Positions 49,471 to 59,896 of a stretch of 64,000 bases of DNA are shown in pieces (positions within the stretch are counted from its first letter, which is position 1; each line of letters begins with the position of its first letter). The DNA comes from an uncultured Actinomycetes bacterium (lineage in GTDB: Bacteria; Actinomycetota; Thermoleophilia; UBA2241): the NCBI GenBank assembly GCA_963725665.1, contig CAVRZA010000001.1, forward strand, positions 64,001 to 128,000, in the 5' to 3' direction. The translations under genes and the position numbers were made by a program. Below the pieces are notes generated by a model. It saw nothing but the letters and a program-made list of their open reading frames with translations. It searched no databases and was not told where the DNA came from.

Positions 49471-50757
49471 ATGGGAACTGGAGTGACGCTTCATCCATCG
49501 CAGCGGCGCACGATCGTCGCGCTGCGAGGACTTCACCCGAGGGTGACGAGGCTCACCCCGCGGGTGTTGGTCGTGACCGTGGCGCTGCTGCTGGCGGCCG
49601 CCCTCTCTCCCGCACGAGCCGCGGCCGAACCGGCTCCTCAGGCCAAGTGGACCGTCATGGTGTACATGTGCGGCGACAACAACCTCGAGCCGTGGATCAC
49701 ACACGACATCGACGCGGAGATGGCGGCGGTCGGCTCGAACGCCGACGTGCAGGTCGTCGCCCTCGCCGACCGCAGCCTCGGCCACGGCACCGATGACGGC
49801 GACTGGACCGGCACCCTGCTCTTCAACGTCGCCAAGGGCATGACGGCGACTCCCGAGAGCGCCGTCGCCGACTGGGGTGAGCGCGACATGGGCTCGCCGC
49901 AGACCCTGATCGACTTCGTCACCTGGACGCGCGCGAACTATCCTGCCGACCGGTACGCCCTCATCTTCTGGGACCACGGCTGGGGCTGGTGGCCGGGCGA
50001 GACCATGGTCGACGAGACCAGCGGAGACACCCTCGACATGGATGAGATCCGCCGCGCCATGGACGCAGCGGGGGGCGTCAACATGGTCGGTTTGGAGACC
50101 TGCCTGGGGCAGATGATCGAGGTCGATGCGGAGTTTCGCGGCTTCGCCCGCGCCATCGCGGCCTCCGAGGACTCCACCGGCTACACGACCTTCGACTACC
50201 GTCAGATTCTCAGTGCGCTCCAGGCCACCCCGACGATGACGGCGGCAGAGCTCGCCGTCGTCGCGGCGAGGAGCATGAAGACCGGCCACGACAAGTGGAC
50301 GCTGACGGCGTCGGCGGTCGCACTGAACAGAAGCTGGGACTCGCTCGCGAGCGCCGTTAGCGACCTGGCGTGGGATCTCGCCTACGGGCTGCCGAAGTAC
50401 CACAAGGCCTACGCCGTCGCTCGCCGTCACGCGGCCATGCCGCCCCAGAGCTACCCTGAAGTGAGGGACCTGTACGACGTCGCCCGGGAGCTGAGGTCGC
50501 ACGTCGGGTCGGCACTGATCAAGAGAGACTGCACGAGGGTGCTCGTGTCGCTGCGCAAGGTCGTCCTCTACGAGTGGAGCACCCCGGCGGAGGGTGACCT
50601 GCACGGTATCAGCATCTTCTGGCCCAGCGCGCCCGCGCCGCCGCGCCCGGGCTCCAGCTTCTCGCAATGGGTCGGCTTTCCCTACTACTGTTCCCAGCTC
50701 ACGTTCACGCGGATGACGTACTGGGGCGACTTCCTGACCGCCTGGGGGGCGAGATGA
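49471..50757 (+). CDS. Secreted clostripain-family peptidase (start may be downstream)
   Basis: WTVMVYMCGDNNLE, YPADRYALIFWDHG, LETCLG; close paralog of 23473-24735. Confidence 0.88.
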   Translation: MGTGVTLHPSQRRTIVALRGLHPRVTRLTPRVLVVTVALLLAAALSPARAAAEPAPQAKWTVMVYMCGDNNLEPWITHDIDAEMAAVGSNADVQVVALADRSLGHGTDDGDWTGTLLFNVAKGMTATPESAVADWGERDMGSPQTLIDFVTWTRANYPADRYALIFWDHGWGWWPGETMVDETSGDTLDMDEIRRAMDAAGGVNMVGLETCLGQMIEVDAEFRGFARAIAASEDSTGYTTFDYRQILSALQATPTMTAAELAVVAARSMKTGHDKWTLTASAVALNRSWDSLASAVSDLAWDLAYGLPKYHKAYAVARRHAAMPPQSYPEVRDLYDVARELRSHVGSALIKRDCTRVLVSLRKVVLYEWSTPAEGDLHGISIFWPSAPAPPRPGSSFSQWVGFPYYCSQLTFTRMTYWGDFLTAWGAR

Positions 50758-52731
50758 ACCGTCGCGCAAGGATCGTCGTAGTCGCCGTCGTTGCCGCGTG
50801 CCTGGTCGCGGGGCTTCAGCTCGTGGCGGAGGGAGCCGCGTTTGCCCGTCCATCAGTCGGCCCATCGACCGCCGTCCGGTCACCGTCGGCCGGCGGATGG
50901 AGTACGGCCTTCGTGCGCGTGAACCAGGTCGGGTATCCCTCGGGCGCGCCCAAACGCGCCTACCTCATGTCGACCTCTGCCACCGCCGGCGCGACCTTCG
51001 TCGTGGTCGACGGCGCGGGCGCGATCGCCTACTCGGGCACGGCGGGCGCGAACCTCGGCCGGTGGAACGCGAAGTACCCCAACGTCTTCCCTCTCGATCT
51101 CTCGTCGGTGACCGCGCCGGGCGTCTACAAGATCGTCGTGCTCTGGCCCGCGACGGCGGTCTCGCCCAGGTTCACGATCGACAGTGGCACGAACGTCTAC
51201 TCGGGCGCGCTGGCGAACACGTTGCGCTTCTACCAGGTGCAGCGCGACGGCGCCGACTTCGTCCGCTCGGCGTTGCGCAACGCCGCGGCCCACTTGAACG
51301 ACCGCCACGCGATGACGTACGCGACGCCGAAGGTCGACGCCGACGGCGTCTTCCGCGGCGACCTGAAGGCTCTCGGCGTGCGCCGCAACGCGTCGGGCGG
51401 CTGGTGGGACGCGGGCGACTATCTCAAGTTCGTCCACGCGACCAGCTACACGGAGTCGGTGCTGCTCTGCGGTGTGCGTGACTTCCCGGCTCAGATGGGC
51501 GCCGCTTCGGGCACGTCCGACTTCACGGCCGAGGCGAGGTTCGGTGCCGACTGGCTGCTGCGCATGTGGGACGACAAGACGAAGACGCTCTACTACCAGG
51601 TCGGCATCGGCAGCGGCAACGACAAGACCGCCGGCGATCACGACATCTGGCGCCTGCCGCAGAAAGACGACACCTACCGCAAGGGCGATCCGCTCTACCG
51701 CTACATCCGCCATCGGCCGGTGTTCCGCGCGGGGCCGCCGGGATCGAAGATCAGCCCCAACCTGGCCGGACGCGACGCCGCGGCTCTGGCCGAGGCCTAC
51801 CAGGTGTTCAAAGCGAGCGACCCGGCTTTCGCCGGCAAATGCCTGCTGGCCGCGCAGCACATCTACGACCTGGCGAACACGAACCCGCGGCGACTCACGA
51901 CGGCGATCCCCTACGAGTACTACCCGGAGACCGAGTGGCGCGACGACCTCGAGCTGGGCGCCACCGAGCTGTACCTGGCCGTCGCGGCCGGCGGTCTCCC
52001 CGCGGGAGTGCCGCACACCGACCCAGCCTTCTATCTCTCCGAGGCGGCGCACTGGGCGCGCGCCTACATCGACGGGCCCGAACGACGCCGCCGACACGCT
52101 GAACCTGTACGACGTCTCCGGGCTGGCCCACTTCGAGCTCTATCGGGCGATCACGCAGGCTGGGGACCCGGCGGGTCTCGAGGTGACGAAGGCCGATCTG
52201 CTCGCGGACCTCAAGAAGCAGCTCGACAAGGCGGTCGCGCAAGCCGGGACCGATCCGTTCCAGTTCGGCTTCGCCTGGAACCAGTGGGACACGACCACGC
52301 ACGGGGCCGGCCTGGCCGTCATGGCGAGCGAGTACGACCAGCTCACCGGCACGACGGACTACGCCGAGTGGAGCAGCCGCTGGCTGGCGAACATCCTCGG
52401 GGCCAACGCGTGGGGGTCGTCCTTCATCGTCGGCGATGGGACCAGGTTCCCTCGCCGCCTCCAGCATCAGGTCGCGAACCTGAAGGGGACGCTCAATGGC
52501 AAACCTCCGGTGCTGCTGGGGGCGTGCGTGGAAGGGCCCAACAGCGACCAGGACAGCGGCGCCATGCCCAACATGCGGCTGGGTCCGCGCGCCGACTTCT
52601 TCAAGCAGTTCAACGGGCACGGCGCGAAGTGGCGCGACGCGGTGCAGAACTACCCCAACACCGAGCCGGCCATCGACCTGACCGCGCCGAGCGCGCTCGC
52701 CTTCGCGCGCATGATGGCGGGTCTGTACTGA
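50754..52731 (+). CDS. Glycoside hydrolase family 9 with N-terminal Ig-like domain (frameshift near 52080)
   Basis: VRVNQVGY, GGWWDAGDYLK, WRDDLELGA, LGANAWG, NTEPAID. Confidence 0.9.
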
Positions 52732-52732
52732 T

Positions 52733-52777
52733 GGCGAGGCGGCGGGGGCCCCGGGACGGGGCCCCCGCCGCCTCGCC
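52733..52777 (+). terminator. 21-bp perfect-stem hairpin after GH9
   Basis: GGCGAGGCGGCGGGGGCCCCG-GGA-CGGGGCCCCCGCCGCCTCGCC. Confidence 0.7.
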
Positions 52778-52893
52778 GCGGTCCTCTCCCAGCCACCCGG
52801 TGACGGTCTCGCGGTGGCTGCAGCCGTGCCGCGACCGCTCTCGGCACGGTTTCGAGGTGGTAGAGTGCGCGCGACGGCGGCAAGGAGGAGTCG

Positions 52894-54086
52894 GTGGGGG
52901 CGGTTGCTCTTGCGCGGGTGCGGCGCTACGACATCGACTGGCTGCGCATCGCCGCCGTCCTGCTGCTGATCCCCTTCCACACGGCGCGCGTGTTCAACGT
53001 CGGCGAGGAGTTCTACGCGAAGAACGACCCGATGAGCACCGCGCTGCAGCATTTCATCTACTTCGTCTACCCGTGGCACATGAGCCTGCTCTTCTTCCTC
53101 GCCGGCGCCGCGTCGTGGTTCGCCCTCGGTTTTCGTAGCAGCGGCCGATACGCGAGCGAGAGGCTGAAGCGCCTCATGGTGCCGTTCCTCTTCGGCCTGC
53201 TCGTCATCGTCCCGCCGCAGGCCTACATCGGCATGCTCACCAACAGCGCGGCGGATCGCTCGTGGTGGAGCCAGTACGCGTACTACTGGACGAACTGGAG
53301 CGATCCCCAAAGCTACGCCGGGCCGTGGACGCCCGGGCACCTCTGGTTCATCCTCTTCCTCTTCGTCTACTCGCTCCTGGCTCTGGGGATCTTCCTGTGG
53401 CTGCGCCGCGGCGGTCACCGGCTCATCGACTGGTTCGCGCGCGCCTGCCGCTTCCGCGGCATGGTCATACTGCTGCCCGCCATTCCTCTGCTCATTGAGA
53501 AGTCGGTGAACCCGATGGACGACCTCAGCGGACAGACGCCCGTCGGCTTCTTCCTGCTTTTCGTGCTGGGCTTCGTCATGGTCGCCGACGAGCGCATCGT
53601 GGCGGCCGTAGACCGGCATTGGCGCTGGGTGCTGCCGCTGGGCATCGCCTTCATGGCCGTGCGCGCCGGGCTCTGGCCGCACACCGACGAGTGGCCCGAC
53701 CCGAGCTGGCAGGACACGCTCGTCAACTGGTTGATGTACGTGTTCGGCGTCTGGATGATGATCGTCGGCCTGCTGGGGCTGTGCCACCGCTACGTCAACC
53801 GCGCGAATCGGGTGTACCGCTACGCGACCGAGGCCGCCTACCCCTTCTACATCCTGCACCAGACGGTGATCGTGCTCCTGGCCTACCTCGTCGTGCAGTG
53901 GGGCGTCGGCATCCCGGCAAAGTACACGATCATCGCCGTTGCGTCGTTCTGCCTGACGCTGGCCATCTACGAGGTCGCCGTGCGGCGCTGGGGCCCGTGC
54001 GCTTCCTCTTCGGCATGAAGCCGAAGAGGAAGCGCACGGTGGAGGCCGTGCCGGCAGAGCGCGTCGCCGAGCCGGCGGCGCGCTAG
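52894..54086 (+). CDS. Acyltransferase family 3 (OpgC-like; frameshift near 53995)
   Basis: RRYDIDWLR, MSLLFFLAG, ERLKRL, GHLWF, YPFYILHQ; C-terminus RFLFGMK in other frame. Confidence 0.9.
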
Positions 54087-54295
54087 CCTGGCGCCTTCGG
54101 ATGTCGGCGGCGCGGTAGCCGGCGCACTCGACTGCAGTCGGCGGCGCGCCGGCCGGGCGCACTCGACCCCGCGCCGGCGGCGCCAGTTCGCCGTGCTGCG
54201 CGTGCCGTGTTTCGCGTGCGCGCGTCGACCCGTCGCTTTTCTTAACACGCCCCATCGGCTTCGAGGCGCAAGCGAACGGGCACAAGGGCAATAGC

Positions 54296-55126
54296 ATGAC
54301 TGCTACGCCTCCCGCCGACCTGGCCCTCGACGCCCGCCGCGAGATGCCGCGCGAGGCCTGCCGCATCGTCGATGCGGCACGCGCGCGCGGCATCGCGCTG
54401 CGTCTCCTGGGCGGCCTCGCCGTGCGCGCACACTGCAGCGAGATGGCCTTCTGCGACCGCGACTACGCCGATCTCGACATGGTCGGACGACGCCGGCAGA
54501 TCAGGGAGATCGCGGAACTGTTCGTCGATCTCGGCTACGGGGAGAACCCGCGCGCCCGGATGAGCACACGCGGACGCCAGCTCCAGTTCACCCGCGCTTG
54601 CGAACACGCCGACGCCGGTCTCGGTGTCTCGGTGCATCCCGACGACCACGTCGACGTCTTCCTCGACGTCTTCAAAATGGATCACGAGCTCGACCTGGGA
54701 GACCGCTTCGAGCTCGCGGACGAGTACACGTTGCCGGCTAACGACCTGCTGCTCACCAAGCTGCAGATCCACAAGACGAACGAGAAGGACCAGCGCGACA
54801 TCCTCACGTTGCTCAAAGACATGGAGCTGGGGGAGGACGTCCAGCAGGACAGGGCCGCGGACGTGATCGACGTGCTCTCCCTCGCCGGGCAGTGCGCTTC
54901 AGATTGGGGCCTGTACTACGACGTCGTGACGAACCTGGAGCGAACACGGGTCGCGCTCGATCGCTACGAGCTGGCCGCGGAGGAGCGTACGCGCCTGCGC
55001 GCGGCCCTCGACCGGCTCGGTCGGGCCATCGACGAGGCGCCCAAGTCGAGGGCCTGGCGCAGGCGCGCCAAGGTCGGCACGCGCAGGCCTTGGTACAACG
55101 AGGTCGAGGACCAGGACGAGGAGTAA
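54296..55126 (+). CDS. Nucleotidyltransferase-fold hypothetical protein
   Basis: LRLLGGLAV...DYADLD pol-beta-type motif; LLLTKLQI, KDQRD. Confidence 0.75.
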   Translation: MTATPPADLALDARREMPREACRIVDAARARGIALRLLGGLAVRAHCSEMAFCDRDYADLDMVGRRRQIREIAELFVDLGYGENPRARMSTRGRQLQFTRACEHADAGLGVSVHPDDHVDVFLDVFKMDHELDLGDRFELADEYTLPANDLLLTKLQIHKTNEKDQRDILTLLKDMELGEDVQQDRAADVIDVLSLAGQCASDWGLYYDVVTNLERTRVALDRYELAAEERTRLRAALDRLGRAIDEAPKSRAWRRRAKVGTRRPWYNEVEDQDEE

Positions 55127-55174
55127 GGCTCGGAGCTGCGGGCCCCGACTCTGACGGCCCGCGCGTGACGAGCC

Positions 55175-55822
55175 TCAGCCGGACGATGGGCGCGCGATCC
55201 TCTCTGCGGCGGCTCGCTGTTCGCGCTCCACCTCGTCGCGTACACAGCAACCCACGACGTGGTCGTTGACCATCCCGTAGGCCTGCATGCCGGCGTAGAG
55301 CGTCGTCGGCCCGAGGAAGCGGAAGCCACGCCGGCGTAGCTCTCGAGCGAGGGCCTCGGCCTCAGGCGTCTTCGCCACGTAGTCGGCCATGCGCCTGATG
55401 GGCTCCTGCCGTTCGGGGCGGTACGACCAGAGGAAGGCCGCCAGCGAACCGTGCTCCTCGACGAGCTCCAGGGCGAGGCGCGCGTTGCGCACGGCGGCCT
55501 CGATCTTGCGCCGGTTGCGCACGATGCCGGCATCGGCGAGGAGCCGCTGCACGTCGTCCTCGCCGTAGCCGGCCACCGTGGCGATGTCGAAGCCGGAGAA
55601 CGCCACGCGGAAGGCTTCACGCTTGCGCAGGATGGTCAACCACGAGAGGCCGGACTGGAACCCCTCCAGGCACAGCCGCTCGAAGAGCTCGTTGTCGTCG
55701 AGCAGCGGACGGCCCCACTCCTGGTCGTGGTAGGGCGTATAGTCCGCGGAGCCGACGGCCCAGAAACAGCGCAGTCGGCCGTCGGCCCCGCGCGCCAGAG
55801 CATCCGAGGTGGTCGCGTTCAC
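55175..55822 (-). CDS. tag: DNA-3-methyladenine glycosylase I
   Basis: YHDQEWG, LEGFQSGLSW, IVRNRRKI, FLGPTT, GMVNDH..C. Confidence 0.95.
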   Translation of the reverse strand: MNATTSDALARGADGRLRCFWAVGSADYTPYHDQEWGRPLLDDNELFERLCLEGFQSGLSWLTILRKREAFRVAFSGFDIATVAGYGEDDVQRLLADAGIVRNRRKIEAAVRNARLALELVEEHGSLAAFLWSYRPERQEPIRRMADYVAKTPEAEALARELRRRGFRFLGPTTLYAGMQAYGMVNDHVVGCCVRDEVEREQRAAAERIARPSSG

Positions 55823-55931
55823 ATTGGGAGCCTAGCAGCCGGCGGACGTCGTTGCGCGTCGGTTACTCGCCGGCAGAGCCAGCCACGGCCGGGACGCCGC
55901 TCGCACGCTCGGCCGCTTGGCTCCGCGGCGC

Positions 55932-56315
55932 TCAGGCGGTCCGATAGACCACCTCAAACCGATTGCCGCTGGGATCCCGGAAGAAGAACGCGTAGTAGCT
56001 CGGGTCGTATTCGGGACACTCGCGCGGCCCGCTCTCGACCTGCGCGCCGGCGGCGCGGGCGATCGCCGCCACCCTGTCGACCTCGTCGCGGCTCTCGGCC
56101 CAGAAGGCGATCCTGTTCTCGTTGGGCACGTGGCCGCGGTCTTCGGTGATAGCGAAGTACGCGGCCGAGGGCAGGCTGCCCTCGGCCGCCCAGCCCTTCC
56201 ACGTCTCGCCGTGGTACACGTGCACGAACCCCAAAGCTGGGAGCAGGGCGGCGTAGAAGGGCAGGGCCTCCTCCATGTCGCCGACACGCAGATCGATGTG
56301 GCCGAAGCGGTTCAT
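55932..56315 (-). CDS. VOC family protein
   Basis: GHIDLRV, RIAFWAESRDEVD, YYAFFFRDPSGNRFEV. Confidence 0.9.
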   Translation of the reverse strand: MNRFGHIDLRVGDMEEALPFYAALLPALGFVHVYHGETWKGWAAEGSLPSAAYFAITEDRGHVPNENRIAFWAESRDEVDRVAAIARAAGAQVESGPRECPEYDPSYYAFFFRDPSGNRFEVVYRTA

Positions 56316-56396
56316 CCCGGGCCCTCCCTTGTGGCCGACCTCGTCTTTCGCCGGTGCGGGGAGCAGTCTACCTGAGGCGCTATACTGGGCCTCCGT

Positions 56397-56472
56397 GGGC
56401 CGCTAGCTCAGATGGGAGAGCGCCGCCTTTGCACGGCGGAGGTCAGGGGTTCGACTCCCCTGCGGTCCACCA
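56397..56472 (+). tRNA. tRNA-Ala (TGC)
   Basis: GGGCCGCTAGCTCAG...TTTGCAC...GGTTCGACTCCCCTGCGGTCCACCA; G3-U70 pair; TATACT at 56381. Confidence 0.97.
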
Positions 56473-56602
56473 CCTCGCTTACGCTCGTTTGCAGCGGGGT
56501 ATAGCGAACGCCCCGCGTGTGAACACCGTGGCGGGGTTCAGTGGCAGGATGACGAGGTCGCGGACGCGGGGCGGCGGGAGGTCGTGCTGCCGGCGGGGCG
56601 CG

Positions 56603-57697
56603 CTACGGTCGTCCGACCGTTCTTCGCGTCGTATGCGACGACATGACATCGGCGCCGGATCCCCGAGACTCCGCCGGCCGGACGGCGCACCCGGCGTTCA
56701 GTCCGAGCTCTGCTCCCGGCGCGACGACGATGACGATGTTGCCCAGCTTCTGCTCCGTCTCGGCGTACCGGTGGGCCTCGGCCATCTGGTCGAGGGGGTA
56801 CTGGCGGTCGATGATGGGTCGGAGCTTCCCGGCCTCGACGAGCTCCGTGACGGCGCGCAGGTGCTCGCCCGTGCCGGTGCCCGAGCTGAAGACCATCTTC
56901 TTGTCGCCGGTCAGCGAGGTCCAGAGCCCGCGGATGAACTGGGACGTGTGCGGATTGGCCACCACGTACCGCCCGCGGGGACGCAGCAGGCGGACGACGC
57001 GGCCGAAGGGCGCCCGGCCGACGACGTCGAAGACGATGTCGAAGTTCCCCGCGCCGTCCGTGAAGTCCCGTTCGGTATAGTCGATGACCTGGTCAGCGCC
57101 GATCTCGCGGAGCATCTCGAGCTTGCCGGTGCTGTCGACGGCGACCACCTCGGCGCCGGCATGCTTCGCCAGTTGGACCGCGTAGGTTCCGAAGCTCCCG
57201 CCGGCGCCGATGATGAGGACCCTCTGCCCGGCGCCGATGCCGCCCTTGCGCAAGAAGCGAAACGCCTCCGTCGCGCCGTAGGGGACGGCGGCGGCCTCGG
57301 CGTAGCTCATGGCCGCCGGCATGGGGGCCACGACGCTGCCGGCGCGGCGTCCGCCCACACGGACGTACTCGGCGTACGCCCCGAGTCCGATCCCGGTCGT
57401 GCCGTAGACGCGGTCTCCGGGCGCGAAGGAGGTCGCCCCGTCACCGAGCGACTCCACCTCGCCGGCGAACTCCTGGCCCAGGATGCGGACCCGGGGCCTC
57501 ACGACGCCGAACGCCAGACGGAGGGGGAGCCAGATCCACGCAGGGAACTCGAACCGGCGGATCTCGCAGTCCGCCCTGGAGACCGTCGTGGCGCGGATGC
57601 GGACGAGCACCTCGCCGTCCTTCGGGCGCGGCTTCTCGACCTCCTCGAGCTTGAGGACGTCCGGGCCGCCGTAGGCTGTGCAGACGATCGCCTTCAT
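56603..57697 (-). CDS. NAD(P)-dependent alcohol dehydrogenase / quinone oxidoreductase (MDR family)
   Basis: MKAIVCTAYGGPDVL, EFAGEVE, GAYAEY, GAGGSFG, IDRQYPL. Confidence 0.92.
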   Translation of the reverse strand: MKAIVCTAYGGPDVLKLEEVEKPRPKDGEVLVRIRATTVSRADCEIRRFEFPAWIWLPLRLAFGVVRPRVRILGQEFAGEVESLGDGATSFAPGDRVYGTTGIGLGAYAEYVRVGGRRAGSVVAPMPAAMSYAEAAAVPYGATEAFRFLRKGGIGAGQRVLIIGAGGSFGTYAVQLAKHAGAEVVAVDSTGKLEMLREIGADQVIDYTERDFTDGAGNFDIVFDVVGRAPFGRVVRLLRPRGRYVVANPHTSQFIRGLWTSLTGDKKMVFSSGTGTGEHLRAVTELVEAGKLRPIIDRQYPLDQMAEAHRYAETEQKLGNIVIVVAPGAELGLNAGCAVRPAESRGSGADVMSSHTTRRTVGRP

Positions 57698-57941
57698 GAA
57701 TACCTCGCAGTCCCTCGCAGTCGCGTGCGCCCTGTCGGGGCCATTCTCTCGCACCTTCTGCCCTGACGCCCCGGAGTCTTGCCGAGGCCGGCGGCACGCG
57801 GGAAGGCGGCGGCTACATGGTGCGGCCTGTTCCTGACCAGGCATTCCCGACGTGAGGAGTTCGAGCAGGACGACAGTCCACGGGCGGAGCGGGGAATGGC
57901 AACTCATCGAGAGGCGATCAGCCGCACGACCTCTTCACGAA

Positions 57942-57985
57942 GGTTCGAGAGTTGTCCCCTTAGGTCCACCAGCCTGCTTACGCTC
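57942..57985 (+). repeat. Degenerate copy of tRNA-Ala 3' end and flank (att-like)
   Basis: GGTTCGA...TCCCCT..GGTCCACCA...GCTTACGCTC versus 56448-56486. Confidence 0.55.
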
Positions 57986-58140
57986 AGACGCAGGCGTTTC
58001 TCGCTCTCCATCTACCGCACCTGACCCTTGGGAGGCCCTGTTCGCATCCGGTCGGCGAGACCGAAGCGAGGGCGAATCTGATCTTGTCCCCTTCTGGAGC
58101 TTCGTTCCGCCCCGGGGCGGTGACCGCATCGAGCGCTAAC

Positions 58141-58250
58141 CCCTTCGTCTACGTCGCTGACCAATCTCACGTCAAGGAGGAGTTGCAGCCCTACGACTGG
58201 TAGCGCGACCTTGTGGTACGCGGTGCGCGAGAGCATGGGCTGCCCGTAGT
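58141..58250 (+). pseudogene. C-terminal fragment of a gamma-glutamylcyclotransferase-like gene
   Basis: FVYVADQ...LQPYDW*RDLVVRGAREHGLP with TAG where the family usually has Tyr. Confidence 0.5.
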
Positions 58251-58345
58251 CAGACCAGTGGAGACCTCGGCTGCCAATTCCTTGAGCCCAGTGCTTGCAG
58301 GCCGTTTGCTGGACAGGTCTCTTGACCCACTGCACAAAGCTGGCT

Positions 58346-59269
58346 ATGAACGACCCACGGCGAACGAAGGGGGAGGCGGAGACGGCAGCTCGACCCTGGT
58401 GGCGCGGGCCGCGGGACGGGGCATGGCGGTTCACGCAGGCCGCGGCGGCAGGCGGCCTCACCCGCATGGCCGCCGCCCTCACCTACTACCTTGTGCTCGC
58501 CATCTTCCCGGCGCTGCTCATCGTCGCCGGCCTGCTCGGCGCGGTCGGTCTCTCGCCGCAGAGCGTCGCTGCCCTGCTTGACGCCGTCGCCGCGGTGGGC
58601 CCGGACTGGGCCGTGGGCTTCGTGCAGGGCACCCTCTCCAGCGTGCTCTCGGCCCGCGGCACGTCCCTCGCGCTCGGCGCCGGCGTGCTGCTCGCGCTGT
58701 GGACCGCCTCCAGCTACGTGTCGGCCTTCCTCTGGGCGGCGCAGCAGATGGAGGGCCGGCAGCCGCGATCCTTCCTGCGGGAGCTGCCCGTGCGCTTGGG
58801 CCTCGCGCTGCTCCTGCTTCTCCTGCTGGCCGCGTGCGCGGCGGCGATCGTGGTGGCGGGGCCGTTCGCCAAGTGGCTCGGCGATTTGCTGGGCCTAGGC
58901 GACGCCGTGCTCACGGCCTGGTCGTGGCTGAAGTGGCCCTTCCTCTTCGGCGTCGCCTTGCTCGTGCTGCTGCTCCTGTATCGCGCTGCAGCACAACACG
59001 GGACTCGCTGGCGGAGCCAGATCGCGGGCGCGGCCGCCGGCGTGGTCATCGTGCTCGTCGTCTCGGCGGGCTTCAGCGTGTACCTGAGCCATTTCGCCTC
59101 CTACAACAAGGTCTACGGAGCCCTCGCCACCGGCATCGCCTTCCTCGTGTGGGCGTGGCTTGTCAACGCTGCCGTGCTGCTGGGTTTCCTGGCGATGGCC
59201 ACTTGGGAGCAAGGCGCGAGAACGAAGCGGGATGGCGCGTCGAACGCCGAGCAGGAAGCCGACCACTGA
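58346..59269 (+). CDS. YihY/virulence factor BrkB family membrane protein
   Basis: AAALTYY..LAIFP, LWTAS, LKWP, YNKVYGAL. Confidence 0.9.
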   Translation: MNDPRRTKGEAETAARPWWRGPRDGAWRFTQAAAAGGLTRMAAALTYYLVLAIFPALLIVAGLLGAVGLSPQSVAALLDAVAAVGPDWAVGFVQGTLSSVLSARGTSLALGAGVLLALWTASSYVSAFLWAAQQMEGRQPRSFLRELPVRLGLALLLLLLLAACAAAIVVAGPFAKWLGDLLGLGDAVLTAWSWLKWPFLFGVALLVLLLLYRAAAQHGTRWRSQIAGAAAGVVIVLVVSAGFSVYLSHFASYNKVYGALATGIAFLVWAWLVNAAVLLGFLAMATWEQGARTKRDGASNAEQEADH

Positions 59270-59896
59270 CGCCACCACAAGGGAGCCGTCTGTGAACATC
59301 CGCAGGTTGCGACACTTCCCGCAACCCGTCTGCAACCAGACTCAGCGGCAGTAGCTAACGCCTTCGCTCACCAGGTAGCCTTCGGACGCGAGGAGGCCTT
59401 CCGTTGCCTTCCCGCGCCTCTCACCCGCGAGACGGCCCAGGGTGCTTCTCGATATCTCAGAGCGCTTCGGAGATACCCTCCGTGGGCTAGAGAAGGCCTG
59501 TCTTGGGCCAGATCATGACCAGCCTCTCGCCGATCGGCTCAAGGGTTTGCGTTTGCAGGCTGTTTGCAGACGGGTGACCGAGCCTACGTCGCGGCCGCAT
59601 TCCCACGCTTGCTGCGGCGCCCCCCAGCTCCCTCTGACCTACGCCCCCCCAAGGCGGCGCCGGTTTCCCAAGCTGGACGGTTGCCGAGCTGGGCGAGATG
59701 GTGAACCAAGCCGGGCACGGTGCTCGTGATATCGTCCTCGTGCCCCAACGGGCTCTCGAAGGGGGAAACCAGTGCTACGACACGCTCTCGTCTGTCTCTT
59801 CTCTGCGCCGGCGTTCGATGCTGCGGCCTACGCCGACGGCGGCAGGACTCGGTCAGCCGGCAGCAGGCCGTGACCCCCGCCACGTAGGCTCAGAGC

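Noticed and set aside
6210-54086. Frameshifts in many genes (DUF4386, sucC, sucD, fumarase beta, HD, clostripain, GH9, acyltransferase) as programmed frameshifting or mass pseudogenisation
   Set aside because: Single-base indels are scattered through otherwise well-conserved genes with no shared slippery motif and no internal stops; long-read error is the simpler explanation
58201-58203. In-frame TAG as pyrrolysine, given the nearby MttB
   Set aside because: It falls at a usual Tyr position in a truncated fragment; the MttB has no TAG and no pyl genes are visible
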